From the human T2T-CHM13v2.0 reference genome, Homo sapiens, in assembly GCF_009914755.1 (NCBI RefSeq), contig NC_060936.1: a stretch of 64,000 bases of DNA; one strand, 5' to 3'. Shown here piece by piece: positions 25,441 to 38,785 of the stretch. The stretch's first letter is position 1; every line of letters begins with the position of its first letter. Under the pieces are notes generated by a model. The model was not told where the DNA came from. It did no database searches and was given only the letters and a program-made list of their open reading frames with translations. The translations under genes and the position numbers were made by a program.

Positions 25441-26715
25441 CGTCAGGGTGGTCTAGGAGAACTGGATCGAAGTAGGTACCTTACGGGCAAAGGAAGCCGA
25501 CCACCTCATGGAAGAGTCTGGTGTATACAGGAAAAGAGTGAAAGGTACAATGTTGGGGCATGATTAAAGGGCCTTTAGCCCCCGTTAAAGGCACTTTGAC
25601 CTGATCCAGAAAGTAGTGGGAGAACCAGCGAATGAACTTAGCAAGAGGAATGTTGGGTGCATTGCAGGGCAGCCACTATGGCTCAAGTTGGGGCTTTCTG
25701 ATGCTTTCTGCTTCAGTCTCGTGGCTGTCTAGTGGTTTGATTTTCCATTAGCCCTTTCTCCCTTGGCCTTAAGGGATGGATATCTACAAAATCTTAGCTA
25801 TCAGGCAAAACCTCACTGTCCCACTGGTGATAAGCTGGGCTTCCCAGCAGTTCATACGAGGCCTGCATCCTGCTGTGTAACCTGCCTCAAGACTGCAGAA
25901 GGCAGAGTTAGGTGTCCTTCCCCCTCAGGGCCCTCTTTATGCTTCTCTGGATTTGGTGCCAAAGAATCCACAGTTTAGGGCAACCGTAGAAACCCCAGGA
26001 GGAGTGTGGTAGCGTGTGGAGACCCTACTAAGATAACCATAGCCTTAGCTGCTCCTTGAGGTCTGGCTCTGGGTCCCAGGGGCTGCTTAGAAGGATCCTT
26101 AGTGATCCCCTGGTCAGGACATCATATGTTTAGAGAGCAAGGTTAGAGGAGTTACCACAGTTTTCTTCTACATGCTGATTAATCTAGGATTTAAATACAG
26201 GCTCCAAAATAAAGTGTAAGTGGTGGTAGCTCAAAGAAGCAAAGCAAGCTTCACATTAAATGACATGGGCTTCTGAAAATGTGGGAAGGACTAGGAACAC
26301 AGGCTACTTACTGCATCTATAACTCTCTTTAGACAAAGAAAATATGTGATTAGGAAATGTTTTGGCAAGATCTCACCAAGATTATTTACTGCAAAGGAGG
26401 CCCAGGACTCAGCCTGGCAGGGAAAATGGGGCGGGGGGGCGGGAGTGTTTACTGGGAGTATGGAAGAGCATTTTAAAGTATGGAAGTAGATTGAACCCCT
26501 GTGCTGGGGCTGGGGACAGGGAGTACCATAATACAATTTTATGCTGTTAGGGGATCTCTGCAAAACCTAGAGTAAGTAGAGGAAGGAGTCTGTTTGAAAT
26601 TAGGAATAGTAGGGTCAGGGTCCAGATGGAGGTGGGGAGGAGTGGGGCTCAGACCTGACCACTGCTTCTCTAGGCGTCGTTTGAATATTTAAAGACAAAG
26701 CACAGTACATTTGCT

Positions 26716-26755
26716 ATTTTATTTTATTTTATTTCATTTTATTTCATTTCATTTT
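26716..26755. repeat. (ATTTT)3 ATTTC ATTTT (ATTTC)2 ATTTT pentanucleotide tract
   Basis: Read directly, 8 units. Confidence 0.9.
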
Positions 26756-27736
26756 AAACCATGGCTAACTCTTCTCCAGTCTTCTCCAGGAGAAAAAACT
26801 TGATTGTCATCCTGGCACAAAAATGTCCACAGTTAGGCTAACAGGCAAGCTTCCGTGAGCAGATCAAATTTGCTATTCTGGTTCCAACATTTAACTCCCT
26901 AGCTTTTTTTAAAAGAAAAAATAAGCTGGCATCAACTGAAATTTCAGGTTAGGGGCTTGGTTTGAGGATGTTTGGGGAAGCGGGAGCTTTCTGCCATGTC
27001 TTTTGTGGACATTGGATGTATTTCCGCATTCTGGTTGGCCACATTTCCCCCTGGGGCAGATTCTTCAGAATCATTTGTCTCCCACTGGGAGTCTTTTTCC
27101 CTCCCCCCCCCCCCACCCCCCTTTGTCTTTTTCTCTGACATCTGCCGCACACTCTCTCCAGGGCATACGGTCCAGACCCTCCTGGGAGAGCTTCATCTGC
27201 TTAGTATAACTTCTAGCAGAAGATAGAACTGATGGATTTTCGTGCGCAAATACAGATTCACAAGGGTGTTCGGTGTCACAAGCATGGATTTATGATGCAG
27301 TTTGAAAAGGGTCAGAATATTCAGAGATGAGATTAATGCCAGCCCATGAGTGCTTTGTGGTGCTGAGGTAACTGAAGTGCATCTGGTGGTGTCCAGAGCT
27401 CAAGTCCCCACTGCAGACGCCAGGAAGAAAGAGGTGGCTCGCAGACTGAGAAGGGGCGTAGGGATGCACCGTTCTTGCCTCCTTCTGCTTGATAATTTAG
27501 ATAGAGGATGGCAGGTGTAAATCAGTTTGTGGTAGATGCAGTGTGAGCTGTCCTTTCTCCCCCTTCCTCACGTCCTTACAAGACACCTGTCTGCTTTGTA
27601 TCGATTCCGGCACTGTGTTATGATATTCTTGTAGTTTCATTTTTTTGTTGTTTCTCTTTTGATATTGGACTTTATATGCAAAGAATGGGATTAGTCATAA
27701 TCTTTACTTCAAAACACATTATCTTCATATTTTTAT

Positions 27737-27890
27737 GCTGGTTGTGATGGCACACACCTGTAGTCTGAGCTACTCTGGAGACTGAGGTGGGAGAATCACT
27801 TGAGCTCAGGAGTTCGAGTCTGCAGTGAGCTATGATTGTACCACCGCACCCTAGCCAGGACAACGGAGCAAGACTCTGTCTCTAAAAAAG
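27737..27890 (+). mobile_element. Alu right monomer (FRAM / AluJ right arm)
   Basis: cacctgtagtctgagctactc...tgcagtgagctatgatt...gcaagactctgtctctaaaaaa. Confidence 0.88.
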
Positions 27891-27898
27891 ATAGAATG

Positions 27899-28223
<325 letters not shown>

Positions 28224-28253
28224 TTATATAAAATAAATAGTGTAATAACCAAC

Positions 28254-28611
28254 TATGTAGTCACTTCAGGCTGCTATAACAAAACACATAAACTGAGTGG
28301 CTTATAAACAACAGAATTTGATTCTTTCCGTCTGGAGGCTGGTAGTCTGAGGTCAGGGTGCCCAAATGGTCAAATTCTGGTAAGGGCCCTCTCCTGGGTT
28401 TCAGGCTGCTGACTTCTCACTGTGTCCTCACATGGCAGAAGGGCGGGGAGCTCTCTAAGGCCTCTTTTATACGAACCTAAATCCCATCCATGAGGGCTCT
28501 ACCCTCATGACTTAAAACACCTTCTAGAGGCCCCATCTCTAAATACCATCACATTGAGAGTTAGGATTTCAACATACGAATTCTGGGGTAACACAAACCT
28601 TGTCTGTAGCA
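28254..28611 (-). mobile_element. MLT1A-like MaLR solo LTR
   Basis: ggctgctataacaaaa...ggcttataaacaacagaa...aataccatcacattg...ggatttcaacatacgaatt. Confidence 0.88.
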
Positions 28612-28689
28612 GTGACCATAAACCCATCCCCCCAGACAAATCTAGGACCTGGAGCATAACCTGCGTCTGAGCAGATTGCCATCCTTCCC

Positions 28690-29160
28690 ACACCTCCTCT
28701 CCCTTCTTTTCTCTACCCAAGGTAACTATTGTCTGAACCCTGTATACATCTATGTTTCCTTTTCTGCATACTTTATTTCGCTTACATATCGTTCTAAAAT
28801 GGAACACATAAAAACATAAGACATACACACATAAAAAGTATGTAGCTATATAGATATGTATTTAATTGTTATCACCTTTCAACTTTATAAAAAGGATATC
28901 AGACCATATATAATCTTTTGGGACTTACTTTTTTACTTAACGTCTCGACTGCCAGCATTCATGTGTATTGCTATGCATCACGGTAGTTAATTTGCCTTGT
29001 CTGCTGTATGATGTTCCATCATGAGCCGATTATACACAGTTTATTCATTCACTCTCTCATTGATGGGCGTTGAAGTTGGTGCTAGGATCTTGGCAATTGC
29101 AAACAGGTTTGCCATAAATATATTCATGTATGTATAATCAGTTGTCCACGTGCAAAAGAG
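28690..29160 (-). mobile_element. Old L1M fragment
   Basis: ggtaactattgtctga...ttttttacttaac...tttattcattcactct...ttgatgggcgtt. Confidence 0.6.
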
Positions 29161-29318
29161 AGTCCTTTGTGTTCGTGACTCCATTATTTTGAAACCAGCA
29201 GTAGTACTGCACACTGGGAGAATGTTTGTGGGAAGCACAATAAAGGTAAGTCCTCAGTACTTTGTATTTCAGTTTGGTGTGAAGAAGTAGCATGTAGACT
29301 TCATAGGAGACAAGACAC

Positions 29319-29748
29319 TTCTATGGTTTGAGTATTTGTCTCCTCCAAAATTCATGTTGAAACTTAATGCCTTAATCCCCGGTAGGGCAGTATTGACACA
29401 TGGGGCCTTTAAGAGGTGGTTGGGTCATGAGGGTTCTGCCCTCATGAATAGATTACCCCATTCATGGGTTAATGGATTAATGGATTAATGGGTTATTATG
29501 GGAATGGGACTGGTGGCTTTATAAGAAGAGGAAGAGAGACCTGAGCTAGCATGCTCTGCCCCTTACCTTGTGTTACCCTGCACTGTCCTGGAACTCTGCT
29601 GAGTCCCTCCTAGCGTGAAAGCCCTCTCCAGATGGGGCCCCTTGACCTTGGACTCCCTAGCCTCCATAACTGTAAGAAATAAATTTCATTTCTTTGTAAA
29701 TTACCTAGTTTTAGGGATTTGGTTATAAGCAACAGAAGACGGACTACA
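29319..29748 (+). mobile_element. MST-family (MSTC/MSTD-like) MaLR solo LTR
   Basis: ctatggtttgagtatttgtctcctccaaaattcatgttgaaac...aactgtaagaaataaattt...gttataagcaacagaagacggacta. Confidence 0.88.
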
Positions 29749-30068
29749 TATCTTATTTTAATTTTGTTCCTCCCACTAACTTCCCAGCCCCACAGTGCTT
29801 GGAGCAACTGTTTCTGCAGTCATGACTTCAGTACAGTTAATGCCTGTTGACTTCATCTTATGTTAAATTCTTTGCAGGTAAAGCCATGTTCCTTATAAGA
29901 TCAGTCTTTTTTTGTTCCTCTATGTGTCTAATCAGGTCAATTCTTTGCATTATTTTATTTAGCATCATCTACCAGGAACTAGGCAGGCATTGTCTTAATA
30001 AAGCCTGGTTCTTGCAGTTGGAGAACTTGCTATCTAGCTGGGAGAGGCAGTATGCAAACTAAGATTTA

Positions 30069-30422
<354 letters not shown>

Positions 30423-31489
30423 TTAGAGAGTGCCTACCTCTCCTTGGGAGAGAAGACTTACGGTGGTGGGAGACAGTGTTGCATCTGTCAGATAAATTAG
30501 GGAAGGCACATGGGGCGGACGATTTCAGAGAAGTTAAAGGCATGGGAGAACATTTGCCACGCAGGCCGTGGCAAGTGGTTGGCTTTGACTGTAACATGCA
30601 GCGTATGCAGTTCCTGGAGGCAGATGAGGGAAGTCATGCAGTACTTGTGTTTCTGTGAGTCTCTTCAGTTTTGGGGTTTGTAGACAGGTCATGTTCACTT
30701 ACTCCTAACCTGTCTCCCACAATAGTCATCTGGGTCTGTGCTACTTAGTGTCATCCTCTCACTCTTTCCCTTGGTGGCATATCCAGTTGGCTAAGAGGAC
30801 AGGCCTGACCTTGTGCCCAGAGTAGGGAGAAGATCCCGATCACCTCTGGTCCTTGTCAGGCTGTTTGCTTGGATGGTAGAGTTCACCCAAGTTCGGACTC
30901 AGGAACGGCCTGTGGTCATGGAGTAGTTTTTTTCTGTCCAGGGTCTGGACCAAGATAACTCCATCACAGGGGTAGCAACAGTATGTGCTGGGGCAATTCT
31001 GCTACCCACTTCTGGTGTCCTTCAGTGCTTTCCCTGCACTATCTCTGTCCCCAGCTGCTTCCATCCATTTGCTTTCTAGTGATGAAGCACTGGGGGAAGC
31101 TGCAGGGATGGCTGCTGCACCCACATCCATCCCTGCCCATCTGTTCTCAGAGACTCTATGGCTAGCAGAGGGAGTGATGATTTCAGGGAAGAGTACCAGA
31201 GAGGGCCAGTGGGTAGCAGGAGTCTCACTTCTTGGAGAAAACAGCTGGTCCTCTGTGACCAATTCTCCCTCAAACTAGAGAGATTATATGGCCACTGCAT
31301 ACACAAACACACATGCTTGCGAAGATAGGATGGAGTTGTACCAAATAAAAAGTTTATTGAAAGGGATGGTGGTAGAGAAACACTGTATCATGCCGTGGCA
31401 TAACAGGGTATTATATGTTGGATGGCTTTTTGGAAATCATTTTAGGCCAACCTTATTAGAGATCTAATTTATTTGTATTCTTGTAGCTA

Positions 31490-31680
31490 CCTAGCACAGT
31501 GGTAAGAACACAGACCAACATTTGGTAAACCTTGGTTTGAACTCTACCCCTGCTGCTTCTGACCTCTGTGAGTCTGCATATTATTTAACCCCTGAGGCTC
31601 AGTGTCCTCGGTTGAAAAATGGGCCACTAATTTAGTATAAGGGCTATGTAAGATGTAATGCACATGACATGTTTTATAAT
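31490..31680 (+). mobile_element. MIR SINE
   Basis: gcacagtggtaagaacacaga...ggtttgaactct...ttatttaacccctgaggctcagt...aaaatggg. Confidence 0.7.
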
Positions 31681-33479
31681 AGCTTCTTATGGAATTATCT
31701 GAATTGGGGACCCATCTGTTGCTTTTATAAAAAGTTCACCCCTTAAGACAAGTCAGTCCAATGGCCATGTTTAAACCAAATGTACTGTCTTCTGTAATGC
31801 TCAATATATTTTTCATGTCATTGAGTGCAGAGACTAGGTGGGAAGATGATCATATACAGACAGAATGGGCACCACTCTGCCTAAACATGGCTCTCGCTTT
31901 CAAAACAGTACTTTAAAATATCTCCTCCCTATTAAACTTTTCCAGTGAAGACTCTTTTTCCACCTGGTTATTGTCTCTGTGTTTGTTACAGCCTTCTCTC
32001 TGCTTTCAGATATTCAACTCTGCAAAGTCGTAATCATTTATCCACATGTACTTTTGTGTGTGTTTGTCCCATCTCTCTCTTTAGAAGACATGTTCCTGCT
32101 GGTGCTTGGAATAAGATGTTCTTTTCCCTCCCCGTGGAGATGCTATTTTTCCTCTCTTTAAGGAGCTAGGAGAGAATTTGGTTCAACATGTCTTATGTAT
32201 CAGTTTAGCACTGTGCTTTTCTTCCCTTAGATTGACGTGTGATTTAAAAAAACAAAATTTGGAACCGGTCATGTAAAGATGGTGTATGTCACTTAGTATA
32301 GGTCATCTCTGTACCCTTTGTATACTGAATTTTGCTGTGACCTGTCAAAGGATACCGAAGACAGGCCCATGCGAAACATTTAATTTCTGGCATTTTCGTG
32401 CATGTGAGACTCATCTGATGTGAACTGAAGGTATGTTATCCTTCCTTTTAATGATACCAAATCTGGCCCAAATTCATATGACCCCTTAGAAAATTACTGT
32501 GATAGGAACAGATTCTAATGAATTGAAATAGAGATTTCTCCACCTCACGTAATTAGGATTTGAGAGTTAAATAAGAAAGTCAGGGATAGGGACAGGGATA
32601 GAATGGCATGGAGAAAGTTGGAGCCAAGAACACTGAGGAAAAGAAGGGAGTGACAGCAGCAAGGACCATTGCTGTTAGGAAGGGAATTCTTTCATCAGAC
32701 ACTGGAATTCTCCTGCCAGGCACTGGAGTTTGCCCTAGCTTCTGTCTGCTTTTACTGGATCCTGGGTCCTCCAGCTGAAGTGAGTTGTATTACAATCCCT
32801 TCCAGTTTTGCACTTCAGGGAAGTGAAATGGAGCAAATCCTAATGGCACAGGCTGGAGGGAGAAGGACTAGTTTCTTTAATGTGACTCAACACCTGGCAA
32901 GGCTGTCTTTTTCTCAACCGGGTTTCATCTGTTAGTTCTGCAACATGCAGAGTCAGATTTTGAGGAGTTTCCAGCTCTCGCCTTCATGGCTGTCCTTGTG
33001 TTTGTGTTTGTGTTCTCCAGGCGCCTCCTTCTCCACTCTTTCTCCAGTGCTGGAGACCTAGGGGTGTGCATCCTGGAGGATTGTGAGGAACCTCAGCTGC
33101 TCCCCTCGTCCTCTGACCAGGCGGTGGGCTCAGGGAGCTTTGGAGTCTCATGCGGTCAGCAGCGCTTAGCATGTTCAGTTGGCTTTTTCCATATCGCCAG
33201 TGACATCTTTCTTCTTCCTAATCATCGACTCATGGAATATTAGAATTACCAAGCCTCTTGCAGTTCCTGTGGTCTAATTCCTTCATTTTAGAGATGAGGA
33301 CCCCTAAGGCCTGGGGAGGGGAGATGATAGGTGTAGGGAAAAAAAAAAGAAACTTTTTCCTCTAAATAAGATTAGCAAAACGATAAATTAACAGGAGAAA
33401 AATAGAGAGTTTATTAACACGTGCAGCACACATCACACAGGAGAAACCTCAGTGATGAGTAACTCAAAGTTTCAAGAGT

Positions 33480-33845
33480 TTTTATTTCTTTTTTCTGTAT
33501 AGCACTTGTCAGTCTCTGATATTGATTTTTACTTGTTTCTTAATGTTTGTTCTCCTTCCACTAGTACGTACACTCCATGGGAACAGTGATTTTCATCTGT
33601 TTGTCACTGCTTTATTCCCAGCACATAGAGCTGTGCCTAGAGTGGTAGGCAGATCATTGTTAAAACAATGAATACATGAACTTCGGGCAAGTTACTTAAC
33701 CATTCTGTACTTCAGTTTTCTTGTGAGTAAAATAGGGATTAAAATAGTGCCTACTTCATGGAGTTGCAATAAAAACTAAGGGAGTTAATCCATCTAAAGT
33801 ACCAATAACCCACCTGGCCCATAGTAAATGCTCAATAAATAGGTT
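33480..33845 (+). mobile_element. L2 3' end followed by MIR 3' half
   Basis: ccactagtacgtacactccatggg...gtgcctag; then gggcaagttacttaacc...cagttttcttgtgagtaaaataggg...gtaaatgctcaataaa. Confidence 0.7.
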
Positions 33846-33847
33846 CC

Positions 33848-34146
33848 CAGCCAGGCGCAGTGGCTCACACCTGTAATCCCAGCATTTGAGAAGCCGAGGC
33901 AAGAGGATCACTTGAGTCAGGAGTTCGATACCAGCCTGGGCAAGTGGTGAAACCCCATCTCAACTAAAGATACAAAAATTAGCTGGGTATGGTAGCAGGG
34001 GCCTGTAAACCCAGCTATTCAGGAGGCTGAGGCAGAAGAATTGCCTGAACCCGGGAGATGGAGGTTGCAGTGAGCTGAGATCATGCCACTGCACTTTAGC
34101 CTGGGCAACAGAGTATAAGACTCTGTCTCAAAAAAATAATAATAAA
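33848..34146 (+). mobile_element. AluS SINE inserted in the MIR tail, TSD aataaata(g/a)gttcc
   Basis: Complete dimer; TSD copies end at 33847 and 34160. Confidence 0.95.
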
Positions 34147-35569
34147 AATAAATAAGTTCCTTATTATAATTATTAAATATTGTATTTCCTCACTAGAATG
34201 CAAACTCCTTGAGGGCAGAGACTATTTCTTACATCATCTTTTTATTTCTAGTAGCAATTTGGCTGACACATGATTGATATTCAGTGTTTGTTGAACAGAT
34301 AGATAAGTTATAGAAAAATTGTAGGTAATACTTCTGTAAATAATTGTTAAATTTAAATGAATAGATTTCCTTCCTGTCTTTTTCCCTAAGCTGCAGTCAG
34401 TGAATCTACATGGATTACATAGATTGTGACTACACTGTGCCTTAACTCATCACTTAGGCAGTGGAGTCGATCATTTATTTTGTTGCCATGACTTGGCTGA
34501 AATTTCTTGGGGACTGACAGCAATGGCAGAAACTTGATGGGTCCTGAATGTCACCATAGCCTGTAAGCTACACAGGAGCCACCCGAGAACTCCTCCATTC
34601 GTGGTTGTAACTTCACAGAAATGCTTCCCAGTCAGAGGAGGTACTTAGCAGAGGCTGCAGGCATCTGAACAGACAGGTGCAGGAAAAGTTGAAAGGGAAG
34701 GTTAAGGGAGAAACATACTCCTCATCTCCGTTCTCAAGAAACGGCTTAAAGGTTGTAAAAGGATTCTGCTTTTAAGCTTGAGTCACTCATTTGACTTCTG
34801 TGGGCCTTGCAATTTCTCTGGTAAAATTAGAGAATATGACCAAGATTATCTCCAAGGACCTGTCTTACTTTTTAAGTTTCCTAATTCTGTGAAAAATGCT
34901 TAAGAAGGCCTCAGACTGATTAAGAATTTAGGGGTGTAAGTTTAAGTGGGGATACTGATAAAAGGGCAGGGGATGTTACTGTAAGAGCAATGGAAAAGTG
35001 TCTGAGTAGCGTAGCATATCCATTTGTGAGAGGAGTAATTAATTAAAAAATGAAGGCAGAATCCACATCTTCACAAAAGTTTCCTATCTCCTGGTTTGGA
35101 TGAGTGTATTTAATGTGAACTAAGTTGCATGTGGGCTGTCTAATCTGGGCATCTGACTTGTGAATCCTTCCCATAACTAAGCCCCGAGAGATTTCCAATC
35201 ATGCCCATAAGGTAATGCAATTTGGCAAGAGGATTTGGACTTGACGAAATCTCTTGTTCTATTTGGCATCCAGAAAAGGCTGACTTGCCTAATTTGAAAA
35301 TAAATTGAAAACAAAAAAAATTTAAAAAAACCTCTGGTTGTTCCTTGTTTGATGAAATACCATAGAAAACTATTACTCTTTTTCCATACCCCATTACTAT
35401 GGAGAATATGTTTTTACCACTGACTCTTCTAAGTATCTGTCCTTAGTTTCCTGTCCTTCCCTGCCACAGGTTCCAGGAAGGCTGAATCACTACAGCATGG
35501 TATTAAATCATAGAAATACGTGTGTATTTTGTACCACGTGGGTCTGCTTGCATTCCTAACATCTGCATT

Positions 35570-35930
35570 AGTATTAGTTTTCTATTGCTGCATAACAAAC
35601 TGCCACAAATTTAGTGGTTTAAAACAACATTCATTTCTTATCTCAGTTTCTTTGGGTCAAGAATCTGGACACAGTTTACCTGGGTCATCTGCAAAGGGTC
35701 TCAGAAGGCTGTAATTAATGTGTTAGCCAGGGCTGTGTTCTGATCTGAGGCTTGACTGAGGAAGAACCCACTTTGTTAGCAGAATTTAGTACCTTGTGGT
35801 TGTAGGACAGAGGATTTCAGTTTCTTACTAGCTGTTGGTTGGAGGCTTCCCTCTGTTCCATACTATGTGGGCCTCCCAACCTAGACACCCACAACATGGC
35901 AGCCTGCTCCTTCAACACTAGCAAGGGAGT
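35570..35930 (-). mobile_element. MLT1 (D/E/F-like) MaLR LTR, partial
   Basis: gtattagttttctattgctgcataacaaactgccacaaatttagtggtttaaaacaac...aacatggcagc. Confidence 0.85.
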
Positions 35931-36089
35931 TTAATGTTTTCCTGTAGCTCATATTTCTTTATAGGTGTGACCTCAATTTTTCCCCTAATACCTTTGTAAG
36001 ATAGAAGTAGGGAGAACCAAGATAGATCCAAAAAGGCTGAATGAAATGCCTGAGATTGAGCTGGTGGTTGCATTGAACAATATAAATTG

Positions 36090-36330
36090 ATGAATAACAA
36101 TTTATTAATTGTGCCAGGCACTGTGCTAAGAGCTTCATGTCAGTACATTCTTGTTTAGTTCTTAGCACAACCCTCTGAGTTAGGTATTACTACTACTAAA
36201 CTATTTAACAGGTAGGGAAGTTGGGGATTAGAGAGGTTATGTAACCTGCCTAAAGTTCACAGACAGAAAGTGCACAGCCCAGATTTGAACACAGGCAGAT
36301 TCCAGAACCCACTATCATCGCACTCTGAAG
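36090..36330 (-). mobile_element. MIR SINE
   Basis: gtgccaggcactgtgctaagagctt...agagaggttatgtaacctgcctaaagttcacag...gatttgaacacaggc. Confidence 0.8.
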
Positions 36331-37474
36331 ATCTCTCCATTAGAGCACGATGCTGCCATGTTCAGGATTCTTCCTATCTTTTGTTAAATACTTAAGTTCC
36401 TGCAATATTGCAAAGGGATAATTGTAATAGGTTGCCCCTTTCAAAGTGCTTTAATAAAATGAAAGGACAACATTCTTTCTTTTCTGCTTGAGCCAGGCTT
36501 TCTCATTTTTCTGAAGACATCTAGGATAAATGGAAGGAAACCAGAATTTAGTGGGGTTTGCATGTATTGATAACAGTTTTGCTGAATACACATCCAAGAG
36601 CTAAAACATGCAAACTCTTCAAAATTGGTAGAATACAGCTTGCTCATTTTAATTCATTTAAAAATGTTCATTTTAATTAAGCATTACCCATTTTATTATT
36701 CCATAAAACACGAATCATCTGGAAAAGGCAGCATAGGTCTATTTTTCCAGCCTATAAAACTATATGTAGATGGATCTTGATGAGGGATGTACAAGATTTA
36801 ATTAGAAACTGAAATTTTAGAGTAAAAAAATGCAGGGGTGTGTGTGTTTCTTCTATATTTGTGGAAACCCAAAGAGCTATCCTGCAGGATACTTGAAAAT
36901 ATATATAAATACAGAGGAGAAATAAAGTGCGGAGAAGGTTTGTTGATTATTGAGCTTTTTCATGGGTGATAGAATGGAGCAGCTGTAGGATGGAGGTAAA
37001 GAGGATAGGAAAATGCTCTTCTGGGTCAGACCCAGCCCCACATCCCAAAATGTTGTGGCCACCCTCTGTGTTATGTAAAATGTAGGAAGGTCCTCCCAGC
37101 TGGAGGACCTTCGAGTATACTGCGTTCCCCCTCCTCATTCACTAGGGAGGATGCAAAGGTGCAAATGGGCCAAGGTCATGCATTGGACTTCCTTCATTAA
37201 ACTGTTATGAATTTGCCTTCCCTGAGCTCCTGTTGGAAAAATGTCTTGAACTTACTGTTGTTGTTTCTCCTACTGCGTTTGTATTTCTTTTTATAAACCT
37301 TAGTCCAAGTCAGCCCAGTGCTGTAGTTATTTGTGTATCTGTGTCATTCTCCCTAGGATGCCCTGGGCCATTTTTAATCAACTTTGATCCCCTTTCAGTG
37401 CCTTGCATGAGGCCTGGAACATTGGAGGTACACACTGTGTATTGACTGAATCGAGTGAAAGGTATTTGAATATA

Positions 37475-38220
37475 CAGTTGACTCTTGAGCTACATGGGGG
37501 TTAGGTTGCTGACCCCTCACGCAGGAAAAATATCTGTGTATAACTTTTTAAAAAATAAATTTGGGGGTACAAGTGCAGTTTTGTTACATGGATATATTGT
37601 GTAGTGGTGAAGTCTGGGCTTTTAATATAGCCTTCACCCTAGTAGTGAACATTGTACCCAATAGGTAGTTTTTCAACCTTAACCTGCCTCCTATCTTTGG
37701 AGTCTCCAATATATGTTATTTCCCTCTGTATGTTCCTGTATACCCATTCTTTAGCTCCTGCTTATAAGTGAGAACATGCAATATCTTACTTTCTGTTTCT
37801 GAGTTATGTATATAACTTCTGAGTCCCCAAAAACATAACTACTAATAGCCTACTGCTGACTAGAAGCTTTACCGATAACGTAAATGGTTAATTAACACAT
37901 ATTTTGTTTGTTATATGTATTATATACTATATTCTTATAGTACAGTAAGCTAAAGAAAAGAAAATGCTATTAAGAAAATCATAGGAGAAAATATATTTAC
38001 CGTTCATTAAGTGGAAGTGGAGCATCATAAAGGTCTTCATCTTCATCATCTTCATGTTGAGTAGGCTGAAGAGGGCTTGGTCGTGCTGTCTCAGGGTGGC
38101 AGAGGTGGAAGATGCAGAGGAGGCGGGAGGAAAGGCAGGCCACTCAGTGTAAATTTACTGAAAAAAATTCACATGTAAGTGGACACACGCAGCTCAAACA
38201 TGCTGTTCGAGGGTCCACTG
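37475..38220. mobile_element. Tigger2-derived (Tc1/mariner-pogo) non-autonomous DNA transposon, interrupted by an L1
   Basis: TIRs cagttgactcttgagc / gttcgagggtccactg, TA dinucleotides on both sides (37473-37474, 38221-38222). Confidence 0.85.
37547..37806 (-). mobile_element. L1 (L1MA/L1PB-like) 3' fragment with TSD tgt(g/a)tataactt
   Basis: gggggtacaagtgcagttttgttacatggatatattgtgtagtggtgaagtc...ttataagtgagaacatgc; TSD at 37535-37546 and 37807-37818. Confidence 0.9.
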
Positions 38221-38419
38221 TATTTCATCTGTTTGTTTCCTACTGTGGAAGACAGGGCTTCCAGGCTTTAGTTCTAAAACTTCCATTGTAAGGCCTTGAG
38301 GAGGATCCTCTCATTCCAGTAATCTGAGAGTTGGTAAACAAATTCAAAGCCACTGTATCACTGTCCTTTATGTCCCTATGTTTTTTTTTTTTACTTTTTT
38401 TTGCCATTTCTTTTTTCTT

Positions 38420-38785
38420 TTGCACTTTAAAAATCGTGGTAATATATACATAATATAAAATTTGCCCTTTTAACCATTTTAAGTATACAATTCAGTAGCA
38501 TTAGGTACATTCACATTGTTGTGCAACCATCAGCGCTCTCCAGAACTTTTACATCGTCCCCAGCTGAAACTCTGTCCCCAGCAAACGCTGGCATGCCCTT
38601 CTCCCCTCCCCCAGCCCCTGGTAATCAGGGGTCTTCTTCCTGTTTGTGAATTATGACTACTCCAGGTCTCTCCGTAAGTGGAATCTCATTTGACCTTTTG
38701 TGACTGGCTTATTTCACTTAGCATGATGTTAAAAGGTTTATCCATGTTGTAGCATGTGTCAGAATTTCATTCCTTTTTGGCAGCC
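38420..38785 (-). mobile_element. L1MB-like 3' fragment
   Basis: aaaatttgcccttttaaccattttaagtatacaattcagtagcattaggtacattcacattgttgtgcaacc...tgactggcttatttcacttagcat. Confidence 0.85.

Noticed and set aside
29241-29251. Perfect donor AAG|GTAAGT
   Set aside because: No convincing upstream acceptor within exon distance
28254-29748. MLT1 and MST LTRs as the two ends of one provirus
   Set aside because: Different families, opposite orientation, and L1M sequence between them
33333-33470. Possible ERV LTR fragment (tgtaggga...attaacaggagaaaa...tttattaac)
   Set aside because: Looks LTR-like, but I could not assign a family or boundaries
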